Of a DNA stretch of 64,000 nt, positions 10,737 through 22,860 are shown in pieces. Position 1 is the first letter of the stretch; every line of letters starts with the position of its first letter. The position numbers were made by a program, and so were the translations under genes. The notes under the pieces were generated by a model. The model made no database searches, had not been told where the DNA came from, and saw only the letters and a program-made list of their open reading frames with translations. This stretch comes from Octopus sinensis (taxonomy: Eukaryota): NCBI RefSeq assembly GCF_006345805.1, contig NC_043005.1:78368001-78432000 (forward strand), in the 5' to 3' direction.

Positions 10737-11260
10737 TATACATATATGTGTGCAGGCATTGCTGTGTGGTTAAGAGGCTCACTTTGCAACCATTTCAGGT
10801 TCAGTCTCACTTCACAGCACCTTGGGCAAGTGTCTTCTATTTTAGCTCTGGGCTGACCTATGCCTTGTGTGTGAATTTAGTAGATGGAAATTGCAGGGAA
10901 GCCTGTTTGTATACATACATACATACATATCTATCTATCTATATCTATCTATCTACATAAGCATGTATGTTTGTATGTGTATGCGTGCATCTTGTTTTAA
11001 CATTGTAAATGAATGTCCTTCACTTCCATTATTCTGTGAAAATATTTCTGACCATGGGGAATTACAATATTGCAAGTGAGGGTTGGCAACATGAAGGGTA
11101 TCCAGCCATAGAGAATGTGCTCCAACAAATTTCATCTGACTCATGCAGGCATAGATAGGTGGAAGTAAAAACAATGATAATGACATATAATCTCTCTCTC
11201 TCTCTCTATCTATTTATATATATGAATGTATAATCTTATATTATTCATTTCTATTTTCAG

Positions 11261-11359
11261 TTCTTTTGGTGGAGGCAAGAAGGAGAAGAAAGAAGATAAA
11301 GATTCCACATTAAATATCTTTTCCTTGGCATCAGGTCATCTGTATGAACGTTTCTTACG
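11261..11359 (+). CDS. UGGT: UGGT coding exon (S-SFGGGKKEKKEDKDSTLNIFSLASGHLYERFL-R), start of the GT24 domain
   Basis: TATTTTCAG| acceptor and CG|GTCAGT donor. Contains the hallmark NIFSLASGHLYERFLR. Confidence 0.97.
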
Positions 11360-11844
11360 GTCAGTATGATTATTGTTTCCATTTTCCCTTCACTAGTTTC
11401 CAACCTCTTTCAATCGTTGCCCTTCCAGGGGCACTACTGTTGCATGTTTTAGTTCAATATATTGTCTTTATCTACTGAGCTCAAAGCAAGACACCTGAAC
11501 AAGGCTGGCATACACAACAATTTTCTTTCAGTTTTCTTCTTCCACATCCACTCACAAGGGGCCTGTGATTATAGTAGAAGGCACTTGCCCAAGGTACCAT
11601 ATAGGGGTGCTGAATCTAGATCCATGTAGTTGGGAAGCAAACTTCTTACCGTTCAGCCACACCTGAGCCTATCTGTTATCTTCTGCTTGTTTCTGTCATT
11701 AGACTGTGGCCATGCTGGAGCATCACCTTGAAGAATTTAAAGTCCGGTATTTATTCTATCAGTCTTTCTTGCTGTACTGCTAAGTTGCAGCTTTGTTAAC
11801 ACCAATACCAGCTACCAAGCAGTGATGCAGGACAAACACACCCA

Positions 11845-12500
11845 GTGACACGTAAAAAGCACCATTCGAGCATGGCCAATGCCAGTGCTGTCTGACTGGT
11901 ACCTGTGCTAGTGGCACATATAAAACGTCATTTGAGTGTGACTGATGTTAGTGCCGCCTGACTGGCACCCGTGCCGGTGGCATGTAAAAGGCACCATTTG
12001 AGCATGGCCAATACCAGTGCCGCCTGATTGGCACCCGTGCCAGTGGCACGCAGAAGGTACTATTTGAGCATGGACAGTGCCAGTACTGCCTCGCTGGCTC
12101 CCATGCTGGTGGCACACAAAAAGCACCATTCGAGCATAGCCAATGCCAGTGTCGCCGGACTGGCACCTGTGCCAGTGGCACATATAAAGTGTCATTTGAG
12201 TGTGACTGATGCTAGTGCTGCCTGACTGGCATCCATGCCGGTGGCATGCAAAAGGCACTATTTGAGTATGGACGATGCACATGCTGCCTGGTTGGCTCCT
12301 GTGCTGGTGGAACACAAAGCGCCCACTACACTCTGAGTAGTTGGCATTAGGAAATGCATCCAGCTGTAGAAACCTTGCCAAATCACATTGGAGCCTGGTG
12401 CAGCCTCCTGGCTTGCCAGGCCTCAGTCAAACTGTCCAACCCATGCCAGCATAGAAAGCAGGCATTAAACAACGACAACAATGATGATGATGATATAAAC
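11845..12500 (+). mobile_element. Family C repeat with an expanded 7-unit array of ~66-bp repeats
   Basis: Units start at about 11859, 11927, 11991, 12057, 12123, 12189 and 12255, followed by the standard C 3' end. Confidence 0.85.
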
Positions 12501-13223
12501 AGACGAGATCCAGAGATCCTCAGTATAAATGACACTTTGTAGTGCTCAAAAAATTCAAACTTAGACTTGGATGTCTTTACAGGGGATCAATTCCACAGGG
12601 TAAAGAATGGCTATAAGAGGGATCAGGTTGGACAGATATGGAGGCAATTATGTGGATAAAGAAATTAAATATAATAAATATGATATTCTTCCTTTGAATT
12701 TCTCTGCGCACCCACTACACTCATGGAGTGGTTGGCGTCAGGAAGGGCATCCAGCTGTAGAAACATTGCCAGATAAGACTGGAGCCTGGTGCAGCCTTCT
12801 GGCTTCCCAGATTCCCGGTCAAATTGTCCAACCCATGCTAGCATGGAGAACGGACATTAAACGATGATGATGATGATGAAATGTAAGATCTTCTTTATGC
12901 TGATGACAGAGGCTCTTCTTATCCAAGGTTGATTGCTTCATTTGCGACCACATATTGTAATGAACTGCATCTACCAACATTATAATGGATCACTAAGCTC
13001 CCAGAAACAGCTGTTGGACTTATAGCACCTTTCTTTCACCCTTTTAATTTTATCTGTCATTTGTACTCTCTGTAAGTTGGATCTATTAATATAAATATCT
13101 ATATATATATATTTAAATATTCATCATTTAAAAGTCTCCACTTTTTGCTTTCTCTCGTTTTGCATGTATATATTTATATATGTATATTTTGTATTGCATA
13201 CCCAGACTATTATTTTTCATACA

Positions 13224-13298
<75 letters not shown>

Positions 13299-13498
13299 TC
13301 ATCATCATTTAGTGTCCGCTCTCCATGCTAGCATGGGTTGGACGGTTCAACTGGGGTCTGGGAGGCCAGAAGGCTGCACCAGGCCCAGTCTGATCTGGCA
13401 ATATTTCTACAGCTGGATGCCCTTCCTAACGCCAACCACTCCGTGAGTGTAGTGGGTGCTTATTACGTGCCACCGGCACATATATATATATGAATGTA

Positions 13499-13975
13499 TT
13501 CCTTTGAGTGTTGGACTTCATGGAGGCAAAGTGACTGAGTTCCTTTCAAGCATTGGGCCTCACGGAGGCAAAGCAGCTTGATTTCCTCTCAAGCATTGGG
13601 CCTCACTGAAGCAAAGTGGCTGAGTTCCTTTCGAGTGTTGGGCCTCATGGAGGCAAAGTGGCCAAGATTTTTTCGAGCATTGGGCTTCACAGAGGCATTG
13701 ACTAAGACCTTTGTCACGCTTGAGAAGACCTGTCAAGCCGAGCAAAATTGCAGTCATGGCAGATACTGGTATCATGCAAATGGCACCTGTGCCAGTGGTG
13801 TGTAAAAGCACCTATTATACTCTCAGAGTGGTTGGTATTAAGAAGGGCATCCAGCCATAGAAAACCATGCCAAATAAGACTGGAGTCTGGTAGAGCCTTC
13901 AAGCTTACCAGTCCTGGTCAAACCGTCCAACCCATTCCAGCATGGACAACGGACGCTAAATGACGATGATGATAT
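13499..13975 (+). mobile_element. Family C variant with a 5 x ~42-bp minisatellite 5' module
   Basis: Unit TTCCTTTCGAGYRTTGGGCCTCAYGGAGGCAAAGTGRCTGAG at 13499-13707, followed by the C-type 3' end. Confidence 0.75.
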
Positions 13976-14675
13976 ATTTTCATCACAGGCTCCTTTCAAT
14001 TTCTGCCAACCAAATGCACTCACAAGGCTTTGGTTGGGGACTGAGTCCATTACAAAAGACTTTGCCCAAAGTGCCATACAATGGGATTGAACCCCAAACC
14101 ATTGATTGGAAAGCAAACTGCTTACTGCACAGCCACACCTGTGCTAACGTACGAATGTATTTGACAAAAAAAAATTTTTCACTCTTACCCATTTTGACAT
14201 TAAATTAACTCAAACTGCTTCAAGGAAAACATGTCAAATGTATGTAATAATGATAATAACAACAATAATAGTAATTATCAGCCACAGGGGCATAGATGAG
14301 GGGGAATAATAATATATTGATTTCTGTTTAATAAGATGAAGTTGAAGACATCTTTCGTATAGTTTTAAAGTCATATTTGTGTATCTTACGAGGATTAACA
14401 ATGTTTCGTTGTTTTGTGGTTGTTGTTTTTTTACAAAGAATTTAAAATATAATTATAAAGCATTGTGTTCATTCCAAATTTACAAAAAAAAAAAAAAAAA
14501 AAATAATCATTTATTGTTGTTGTTATTATTATCATTATTATTAGCAATTTTAGTCCAAGTCAGCTTGGGGAAAAATTGTACGGAAAACTTAAAATGTTGA
14601 TTATAATTTTTACCATTCCAGAATGCAATTACAAAAATATATTATCTGTAAATATAAAAACTGAAAATATTAACC

Positions 14676-14715
<40 letters not shown>

Positions 14716-15307
14716 TAATAATAATAAATGAAACATTGTGACAAAGTCATTATCTGTATAGTCTGCTTTTGTTTCTTTTTTTTTTCTCTCTCCCTTATCT
14801 CCTTTTTTTGTCTTTGTCTTTCCCTCTTTCTTCACTGTCCTTCTTATTCTTTGCCTTCGGCTCTTATTGTTAGCGTCGTTTGTTGCTATGCAGTGTTTTT
14901 TGAGCTGATATTGTACTGAACGAATAATGGTCTTCACTTGCAGCTTGAATTGTAAGGTGGTTTTCGAATTAGATAACAAACTAAATGTGGTGAAATATTA
15001 CATACACACAAACACATATGTATAGGCACACAGGGGCACATTTATTTATAAATAAATATATATGTATATATACACACACACACACACACACACTTATATA
15101 CATATATACACACACATTCATTCACATATGTACATACATACACCTGTCTATCTATAAAAATTCAATTTCTCGTATTTTGTTTTGTTTATAATTTCTCACT
15201 TGTCTCTGTAATTAGTTGATAGTCTGTCCAGTTATTTATTTTCTTTCACCTGAGCTAATATTGTTGCTATGTGACAATAGGCGCAGGTGTGGCTGTGTGG
15301 CAAGAAG

Positions 15308-15708
15308 TTGGCAGAAATGTTAGCACACCGGGCGAAATGCTTAGCGGTATTTCATCTGCCATTCTGAGTTCAAATTCCACCGAGGTCGACTTTGCCTTTC
15401 ATCCTTTCAGGGCTGATAAATTAAGTACCTGTTATGCACAGGGGTCGATGTAATCAACTTAATCCGTTTGTTTGTCCTTGTTTGTCCTCTCTGTGTTTAG
15501 CTCCTTGTGGGTAACAAAGAAATAGGTATTTCGTCTGCCGTTACGTTCTGAGTTCAAATTCCGCCGAGGTCGACTTTGCCTGTCATTCTTTTGGGGTCGA
15601 TTAAATAAGTACCAGTTACGCACTGGGGTCGATGTAATTGACTTAATCCCTTTGTCTGTCCTTGTTTGTCCACTCTATTTTTATCTCTTTGTGGGCAATA
15701 AAGAAATA
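15308..15708 (+). mobile_element. Dimeric SINE family A, preceded by a 30-bp family B head
   Basis: Junction AAAGAAATA|GGTATTTCGTCTGCC at 15524/15525. Confidence 0.85.
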
Positions 15709-15963
15709 AGAAGTTCAATGTTCAAGCTTTGTATTAAAAAACAATATTTAACCAATGGTAGTCAGTTTGTTGATCAAAACTTTTCTCCATTTTCTGCTCA
15801 TGTTAAATGTGATTCCTGATAAACTCTCATTTATTCTGTTATTACCTGTATCCTATGTGCATAGTATGCTTGTATACCCACGCCTAAGATTAATATAGGT
15901 AATTTACAGTAGTAGTTATAACGGATATTCTTATCTCTTAGACACACCAACAGCTAACTCTAC

Positions 15964-16066
<103 letters not shown>

Positions 16067-16552
16067 ATTAATGTGAGCATACAGAGGTACTTCATTAGGA
16101 CACAGCTTGGATTGTAACCCTTTATATTCACTTTATGTTTGTGGAACGTAGCAGTGAGCAAAATACCACTAAGCATTTTGTCCGGCATGCTAATGATGAT
16201 GATAATAATAATAATAATAATAATTATAATGATAATTATAATGATAATAACAAATGCCCTGCTGCAATACCAGGCAGTGGCTCTCATGGCTTCTGATCTT
16301 AACTGATTGGAAGTGTTATCATGTACATGTTTTGTCTTGGTATAAAAGATGGGCTCCAGCAAATATTCTGCTCAATACCACAGAGTGTTTTGTTAATCAT
16401 CCTTAAACAACTCTTATTCAGGGACATTTTGAGTGGTATGGGTTACTCAACTTTCTCATGTACTCTTATCAGACAGGTAGTCATGATGTGTATATTGGGC
16501 TTTGTATATTTGTACCCTGGTGTCACTTTGATGACAGGCATTACTCTGTCAC

Positions 16553-16554
16553 TC

Positions 16555-16588
<34 letters not shown>

Positions 16589-16802
16589 GTAATAATAATA
16601 ACAGTAATAATAATAATAACAATAATAATAATAATAACAGTAATAATAATAATAACAGTAATAATAATAATAACAGTAATAATAATAATAATAATAACAG
16701 TAATAATAATAATAATAGTAATAATAATAACAGTAATAATAATAATAATAATAACAGTAATAATAATAATAATAATAGTAATAATAATAATAATAATAAT
16801 AA
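16553..16802. repeat. (AAT)n microsatellite with periodic AACAGT interruptions
   Basis: Directly visible. It is the source of the poly-N, poly-L and poly-I ORFs in the track. Confidence 0.98.
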
Positions 16803-17275
16803 TGGTTTCAAATTTTGGCACAAGGCTAGCAATTTTGGGGGAGGCGGGTAAGTCGATTACATCGGCCCCAGTGCTCTACAGGTACTTACTTTATCAACTC
16901 TGAAATCGATGCATGGCAAAATTGACCTCAGTGTAATTTGAACTCAGAATGCAGAGCATTTTGTCCTTTGTGCTAATGAAATAATAGTAGTAATATTAAT
17001 AATCCTCTCTACTAAAGGGACAAGGCCTGGAATTTTCAGGAAGGTGACTAGTTGATTACATCGACCCCAGTGTTTCACTGGTACTTAATTTATCAACCCT
17101 GAGTAGATGAAAGGCAAAGTCGACCTTGGCAGAATTTGAACTCTGAATGTGACAGACAAAATACTGCTAAGCCTTTCGCCCAGCATGCTAATGCTTTTGC
17201 TGGTTTGCCGCCTTTATGATAATAATAATAGCATGAGCTATTATTATTATTATAATAATATATATATATATATAA

Positions 17276-17750
17276 GGCGAGCTGGCAGAATTGTTAGCAT
17301 GCCAGACGAAATGCTTAACGGTATTTTGTCTGCCGCGAGCTGGCAGAGACGTTAGCGCGCCAGGCGAAATGCTTAACGGTATTTCGTCTGAAGTTACATT
17401 CTGAGTTCAAATTCCGCCGAGGTCGACTTTGCCTTTCATCCTTTTGGGGTCGATAAATAAAGTACCAGTTATGCACTGGGATCAATATAATCGACTTAAT
17501 CCGTTTGTCTGTCCTTGTTTGTCCCCTCTGTGTTTAGCCCCTTGTGGGTAGTAAAGAAATAGGTATTTTGTCTGCCGCTTCGCTCTGAGTTCAAATTCTG
17601 CCAAGGTTGACTTTGCATTTCACCCTTTCGGGGTCGATAAATTAAGTACCAGTTACGCACTGGGGTCGATGTAATCGCCTTAATCTCTTTGTCTATCCTT
17701 GTTTGTCCCCTCTATGTTTAGCCCCTTGTGGGCAATATGGAAACAAATAA
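17276..17750 (+). mobile_element. Dimeric SINE family A with a duplicated head, abutting a family C copy (17758-18040)
   Basis: Head repeated at 17276 and 17335. Junction AAAGAAATA|GGTATTTT at 17561/17562. Confidence 0.85.
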
Positions 17751-19464
17751 TAATAATAGCACCATTTGAGTGTGGCCGATGCCAGTGCTGGTGGCATGTA
17801 AAATGCACCATTCGAGTGTGGTCGATGACTGTGCCACATGTCATGTCCCCATGCTGGCGGCACATAAAAAGTACCCACTACACTCCCAGAGTGCTTGGGA
17901 TTAGGAAGGGCAACCAGCTGTAGAAACTTTGCCAGATCAATTGGAGCCTGGTGCAGCCTCCTGGTTTGCCAGTCCTCAGTCAAACCGTCCAACCTATGCC
18001 AGTATGGAAAGTGGATGTTAAATGATGATGATGATGATGAATAATATTGGCTTGAAATGCTAAGTATTTCAAAACCTTGCATTTCTTTAATAACTTTTTT
18101 TGTTTGTATTTACTGTCTCGCTTTATACCAACATGGAGTTCTTCACCAATGTCTTGTCGATTCTAGTGACTCTACACTTACTTACTGTATAGTTAAGGCA
18201 TTAATTAAAGATTAAAAGACATTTCAATTTTAATGGATAAATACATTAATGAAGGGGAAACTTAATTCATCGTCATAATTAATATGTATTCTCATTACCA
18301 TAATTATTCTGCCAGTCTTTAATTGGATGCAAGGGTGTCATCTATGTTTAAGAATACGTCCAAATGAGAAACTCATCTAAAAATCTATTAAATTAATAAT
18401 CTTAATTATTCACCATCTTCCTATTCGTTATCATCGTTAACGTGATCGCTGTTGTTGTTGTTGTATTTAGATTATATCTAGTAGAAGATTGATTAATTTG
18501 CTAAGTAGCATAGTAATTAATTTGACTAGTTCATTCTGGTAAGAATTGGCTATCTTGTATTCTAATTTGAATATCAGCCTCAGCCGTAGATGTCTTGCAT
18601 TCTTGGTCATCTTCCTATTTGCAGATCTTTTTCTTTCTTTTCTGTTGTTGTATGTCCTTTACTGGTACCTCCCCCACCCACACCCTTGCCTTTAACCCCT
18701 TAAGTAGGTAGGCAAATTGATTCATCCAGTATTATGCAATGCACTTTAATAAGTGATTATACTAAATAACAACTGCATTTGTACCAAACAGGAAGAACAT
18801 TTATGTATGATAAAAGAAGTATTAGTTTAAAATAGCAATCTGTGTCTCAAACTTAAAGCAGATACATCCTGAGGATGAATACCACCGTTAATTAGGCTTG
18901 CCATGCTTTAACCATTGCACATAGGTTGCAATTTTAATTTTGAGAATTTTTTCATGCTTTTCATTTTTTTTTTCTTTGTTTTTACTGTTTTAAATTTGAA
19001 ATTGAAACTGATAAAGTGAATACTTCTGTACTTCAAAATCTGCTGGTGGGATACTAATGTGAGAAACAATTTAAAAACTAGAATTGAAACTTTGGGTTCA
19101 ACTCAAGCAGAAATTGGTTCAACTTCTCAACTTTCTGATTAATCTGTCAATTGTAATGCCTGTTTATTCACAATGTTTTGAATTCATTGTCATTGTTTAG
19201 TTTTAGAACGATGTTGCCGGGTAGGTGTGAGAGGCCAGATCTGTACAGTTTCAACATAAAACAAAATATTTTTGTTGGTTATGGCCAGTTTGAATGCTAA
19301 AGGATTGGCTGTAGAAAGGGCATATAGCCATATAATACTGCCTTCAAGGGGTTCTTCTCCAACTTAAGTCAACATGGAAAATGGTGAACATAAAAATGAT
19401 GAATATCACCATGATCATGCTGCTGCTGTGTGTTGTGGGTGGCAGGAATGGCTTTCATGACTTT

Positions 19465-19792
19465 CCATCATCATCATCATCAACATCGTTTAACATCCGC
19501 TTTCCATGCTAGCATGGGTTGGACAATTTTGACTGAGGGCTGGTGAACCAGATGGCTGCACCAGGCTTCAATCTTGATCTGGCAGAGTTTCTACAGCTGG
19601 ATGCCCTTCCTAACGCCAACCACTCCGAGAGTGTAGTGGTTGCTTTTACGTGCCTGTCAGGCAGTACTGGCAACGACCTCGCTCGAATTTTTTACACATG
19701 CCACCGGCACAGGTGCCAGTAAGGTGATGCTGGTAATGATCATGCTTGAATGGTGCCTTTTACATGCCCCCATTCGAGCGTGATCGTTACCA
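19465..19792 (-). mobile_element. Family C repeat
   Basis: (ATC)n then CGTTTAACATCCGCTTTCCATGCTAGCATGGGTTGG, which is the reverse complement of the C 3' end. Confidence 0.85.
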
Positions 19793-19980
19793 TGGTAAAA
19801 ATATTGCAGTTGTAATACTTAGTCTCAGATCAAGTAACTCAATAAACCAAGACAATGGCAGAAATTTAAAAACAAACAAATAAAAAGATATAAAAGTCTT
19901 TAACCCTTTCATTACTGTATTTATTTTGAGATGTTTTGTGTTTCTTTCAATTAATAATTGTTTCTTTAGCAGACAGGATT

Positions 19981-20012
<32 letters not shown>

Positions 20013-20053
20013 TTTTCCATAAAAATCACTTTTTCCTTTTTAATTCTTTTCAG

Positions 20054-20138
20054 AATCATGATGCTAAGTGTTCTTAAAAATACCAAATCTAAAGTGAAAT
20101 TTTGGTTTTTGAAAAACTATCTTTCACCAACTTTTAAA
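20054..20138 (+). CDS. UGGT: UGGT coding exon ([29 protein letters not shown])
   Basis: TTCTTTTCAG| acceptor and AAA|GTAAGT donor. Near-identical to the conserved UGGT segment [27 protein letters not shown]. Confidence 0.98.
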
Positions 20139-20384
20139 GTAAGTTTAAACTTGTGTAATACTTTACCCTACATGTATAATTTATGAACAAACCCTGCGCT
20201 CTTTTGTTCTTTTCTTTGTATTTTTTCATGTAAGACCACAGCTTGTGTTTCTGTTGAACACAAACTTGTAGACAAATGGAATTTGTAATGTTTTAACACA
20301 AGTTGTTTCAAGAAAGATTTCAATTTTTCAGACTGTTAATTTGGTCTTTAGATGTGAAACATGTTTTTTTTATATATGTCTATA

Positions 20385-20602
20385 TGAGGGGATGCTGAAA
20401 AGTTCCTGGTCTTCAGGGTATTGCGAAAGGCCTGGTTGGAGGTTCAACCTTCCAAGTTCTTTTACAGGGCTTAGGAAAACTGAAGGCCCACAGCAATAAG
20501 TTTATGAATCTGTGAAGGGGAATAAGCTAACTATATTTGTAATTAACTGATTCTCCCATATTTTCTTTTACCCAAAGATGGGAACTTTTCGGCACCCTCT
20601 TG
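20385..20602. mobile_element. mariner-like MITE in the short intron between exons 20138 and 20754
   Basis: TA-TGAGGGGATGCTGAAAAGTTCC ... GGAACTTTTCGGCACCCTCTTG-TA imperfect TIRs with flanking TA. Confidence 0.7.
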
Positions 20603-20753
20603 TATTATCCTGTGTGTCTTTCTTTTCTGATATGGTATGGTGTGGTTTGAGAAAGATTTGGTTGGCTGCTATTTCTAACAAGTCAAGCAAATGCAAACAA
20701 ATAAATGACTAAATCAATGAATAAAAGTTTCTACCTTTTTTTTTTCTTTGCAG

Positions 20754-20863
20754 GATTTCATTCCTCACATGGCCAAGGAATACCAGTTTGAGTATGAACT
20801 AGTACAGTACAAATGGCCACGGTGGCTAAACCAACAGAAAGAGAAACAGAGGATCATCTGGGG
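20754..20863 (+). CDS. UGGT: UGGT coding exon ([37 protein letters not shown])
   Basis: Long T tract plus TTTGCAG| acceptor and GG|GTGAGT donor. Contains the conserved [21 protein letters not shown]. Confidence 0.98.
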
Positions 20864-21700
20864 GTGAGTTACAGCTTTTTCCATAAAGTTTCAAACAAAC
20901 AAGCAATGGCACTAACATAGCTTTGTGATGATGAAGCTTGCTTCATAGTCATGTGGTGTCAGGGTTCAGTCCTACTGAGTGGCACCTTGAAGTTGTATGG
21001 ATCTGAACCAAACTGTTATTGATTTCAAAGTGGGTGCTGTATTAGCCGACAGCAGCAGCAGCCGTCCAAGAATTTGGACCTGGAGATCTCCATTTCCAGC
21101 GACTTCGAACGCCACCTCCCAGTGGTGTTGGGCGTCAACGAAGAGCCCTCGACTACAACAAGACGACCGAAATTTTTCTTTTTCAAGGTCTGGGGTCGCC
21201 CACCCCTAAGTCCTAGACCATCACCTAATCACCCTTACCCGTCTTGTTGCTTAACAACAACAACAACAGCAGCAGCAATGCTGGTTGATTATCTCTTCGC
21301 TAGCAATATTAACAAGAGTGCTTATATGCACCACAAAGCCATACGAGAGGTTCTCTCTTGGTAACTATCACCGTATTCTGTGTTCTAGCACAACATCCCA
21401 TTTTAAGTTGGGACAAATATTATTTTTATATGTTTCTTAAATGCTTCTTTGTTTCATTTCCTGCATAAGATGAACAAAAGAATTTGAGCCTAGTGGCTTA
21501 TAATCATCATCATCATCATATAAACGCTTAATGATGGCTGGCACAGGTTTGAATCTAAGATAAAGATCAAGAAATTATTGAGAAGGTCATGTACAGTCAT
21601 CCAGTTTGTATTTCAGGCATGTATACTGAAAAGGGTAGAAACTTGGTTGACAGAAACTGTGTTGAAGCCCATGATATGAGTATATATATATATGTATGTA

Positions 21701-21766
<66 letters not shown>

Positions 21767-21767
<1 letters not shown>

Positions 21768-21950
21768 GGGAGAATTCACAAAAGATGAAGACAGGTGGTG
21801 TAGACAACAAACAGATGTATTAGTTTAACGCTCGGGAAGTGAAAAAGTCTTTAGTGTTTCGAGCCTATGCTCTTCCAAAGAAAGGACCACAGAAAGAAAC
21901 AAGGAGAGAAAATAAAGAATGTGTAGTGGCTAGCGATCTATCATGGCGAA
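21767..21950 (-). mobile_element. Dispersed repeat family G (carries a hammerhead-like motif), copy 1
   Basis: Colinear with 37454-37630 (GGGAGAATTCAC...GATGAAGACAGGTGGTGTAGA.AACAAACAGATGTATTAG...). Both copies follow (TA)n. Confidence 0.8.
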
Positions 21951-22489
21951 TATATATATATGTATATCTGCATGTGTTATATATATTCATATTTGGTGGT
22001 GCACTGACTGAATCAAAATGCTGAACGCCATTGCTTCTGACTCAGTACATTTTAGGTTCAAATTCTGCTTAGGTCATCTTTACCTTTCATTCTTTTAGGG
22101 TTGAGGAAAGTAAGTGCCAGTCGAGTACGGGAGTCAATGTAATCGATTAACCCCCTCCCCAACATTTCAGGCGTTGTGCCTGTAGTAGAAAGCATATTAC
22201 ATATATTCATGTGTATGTGTGTATTTGTGGTTGTGTCCCTCCACCACTGCTTGACAACCAATGCTGGTTTGTTTACATCCTTGTCATTTAGCTGTTTGAT
22301 GGAAGTTAGTAACAGAATAAGCACCAGGTTTTTAAAAAAATAATAAGGGCAGGGCTTGATTTGTTTGAGTAAAACTATTTCAAGATGGTGCCCCAGCATG
22401 GCCACAGTCCAATAAGTGAAACAAGTAAAAGACAAATGATATTATAGATGGCCAAAGCCAAAGAAAAACACAAATAAAATATTTTGTTT

Positions 22490-22860
22490 TGCTCTTGCTA
22501 TTGTTATTCTTTTTGCTGTCATTCCTGATATTATTCCTGTTACTGTTGTTATTCCTAATGTTATTCTTGATGTTATACTTGTTATTATTTGTGTTGATGT
22601 TATTCCTGTTGCTGTCATTCCCGATATTATTCCAGTTATTGTTATTCTAGATCTTATAACCATTATTGTTTTTGTTGGCATTATTCTTGTTGCTGTTATT
22701 CCTTTTGTTATTCTTGACGTTATTCATGTTGTTATTCTTACTATTTCTGTTTTGGCTTTTATTCTTGTTGTTGTTTTTGTTGTTCCTGATGTTATTCTTA
22801 TTGTCATTATTTCTGTTGTTCTTCCTGTTGTTTCTATCCTTATTCCTGATGACGATGACA
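22490..22860. repeat. Degenerate (GTT/ATT)-based low-complexity tract
   Basis: Recurrent TTATTCTTGTTG/TTATTCC motifs. Confidence 0.85.

Larger units (their letters stand above)
8987..11260 (+). other. GC-AG intron of UGGT (2274 bp)
   Basis: AG|GCAAGT donor. It is the only nearby donor that keeps the reading frame into exon 11261. Confidence 0.88.

Noticed and set aside
11859-12318. CRISPR-like appearance of the palindromic 66-bp array
   Set aside because: Units are homologous along their whole length with no unique spacers. The context is eukaryotic, there are no cas genes, and the array is part of dispersed family C.
16321-16851. Poly-Asn, poly-Leu and poly-Ile ORFs
   Set aside because: They are readings of an (AAT)n tract.
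22490-22860. Asn/Lys-rich minus-strand frame as a prion-like protein exon
   Set aside because: It is a degenerate (AAC/AAT) tract interrupted by stops, with no splice signals identified.
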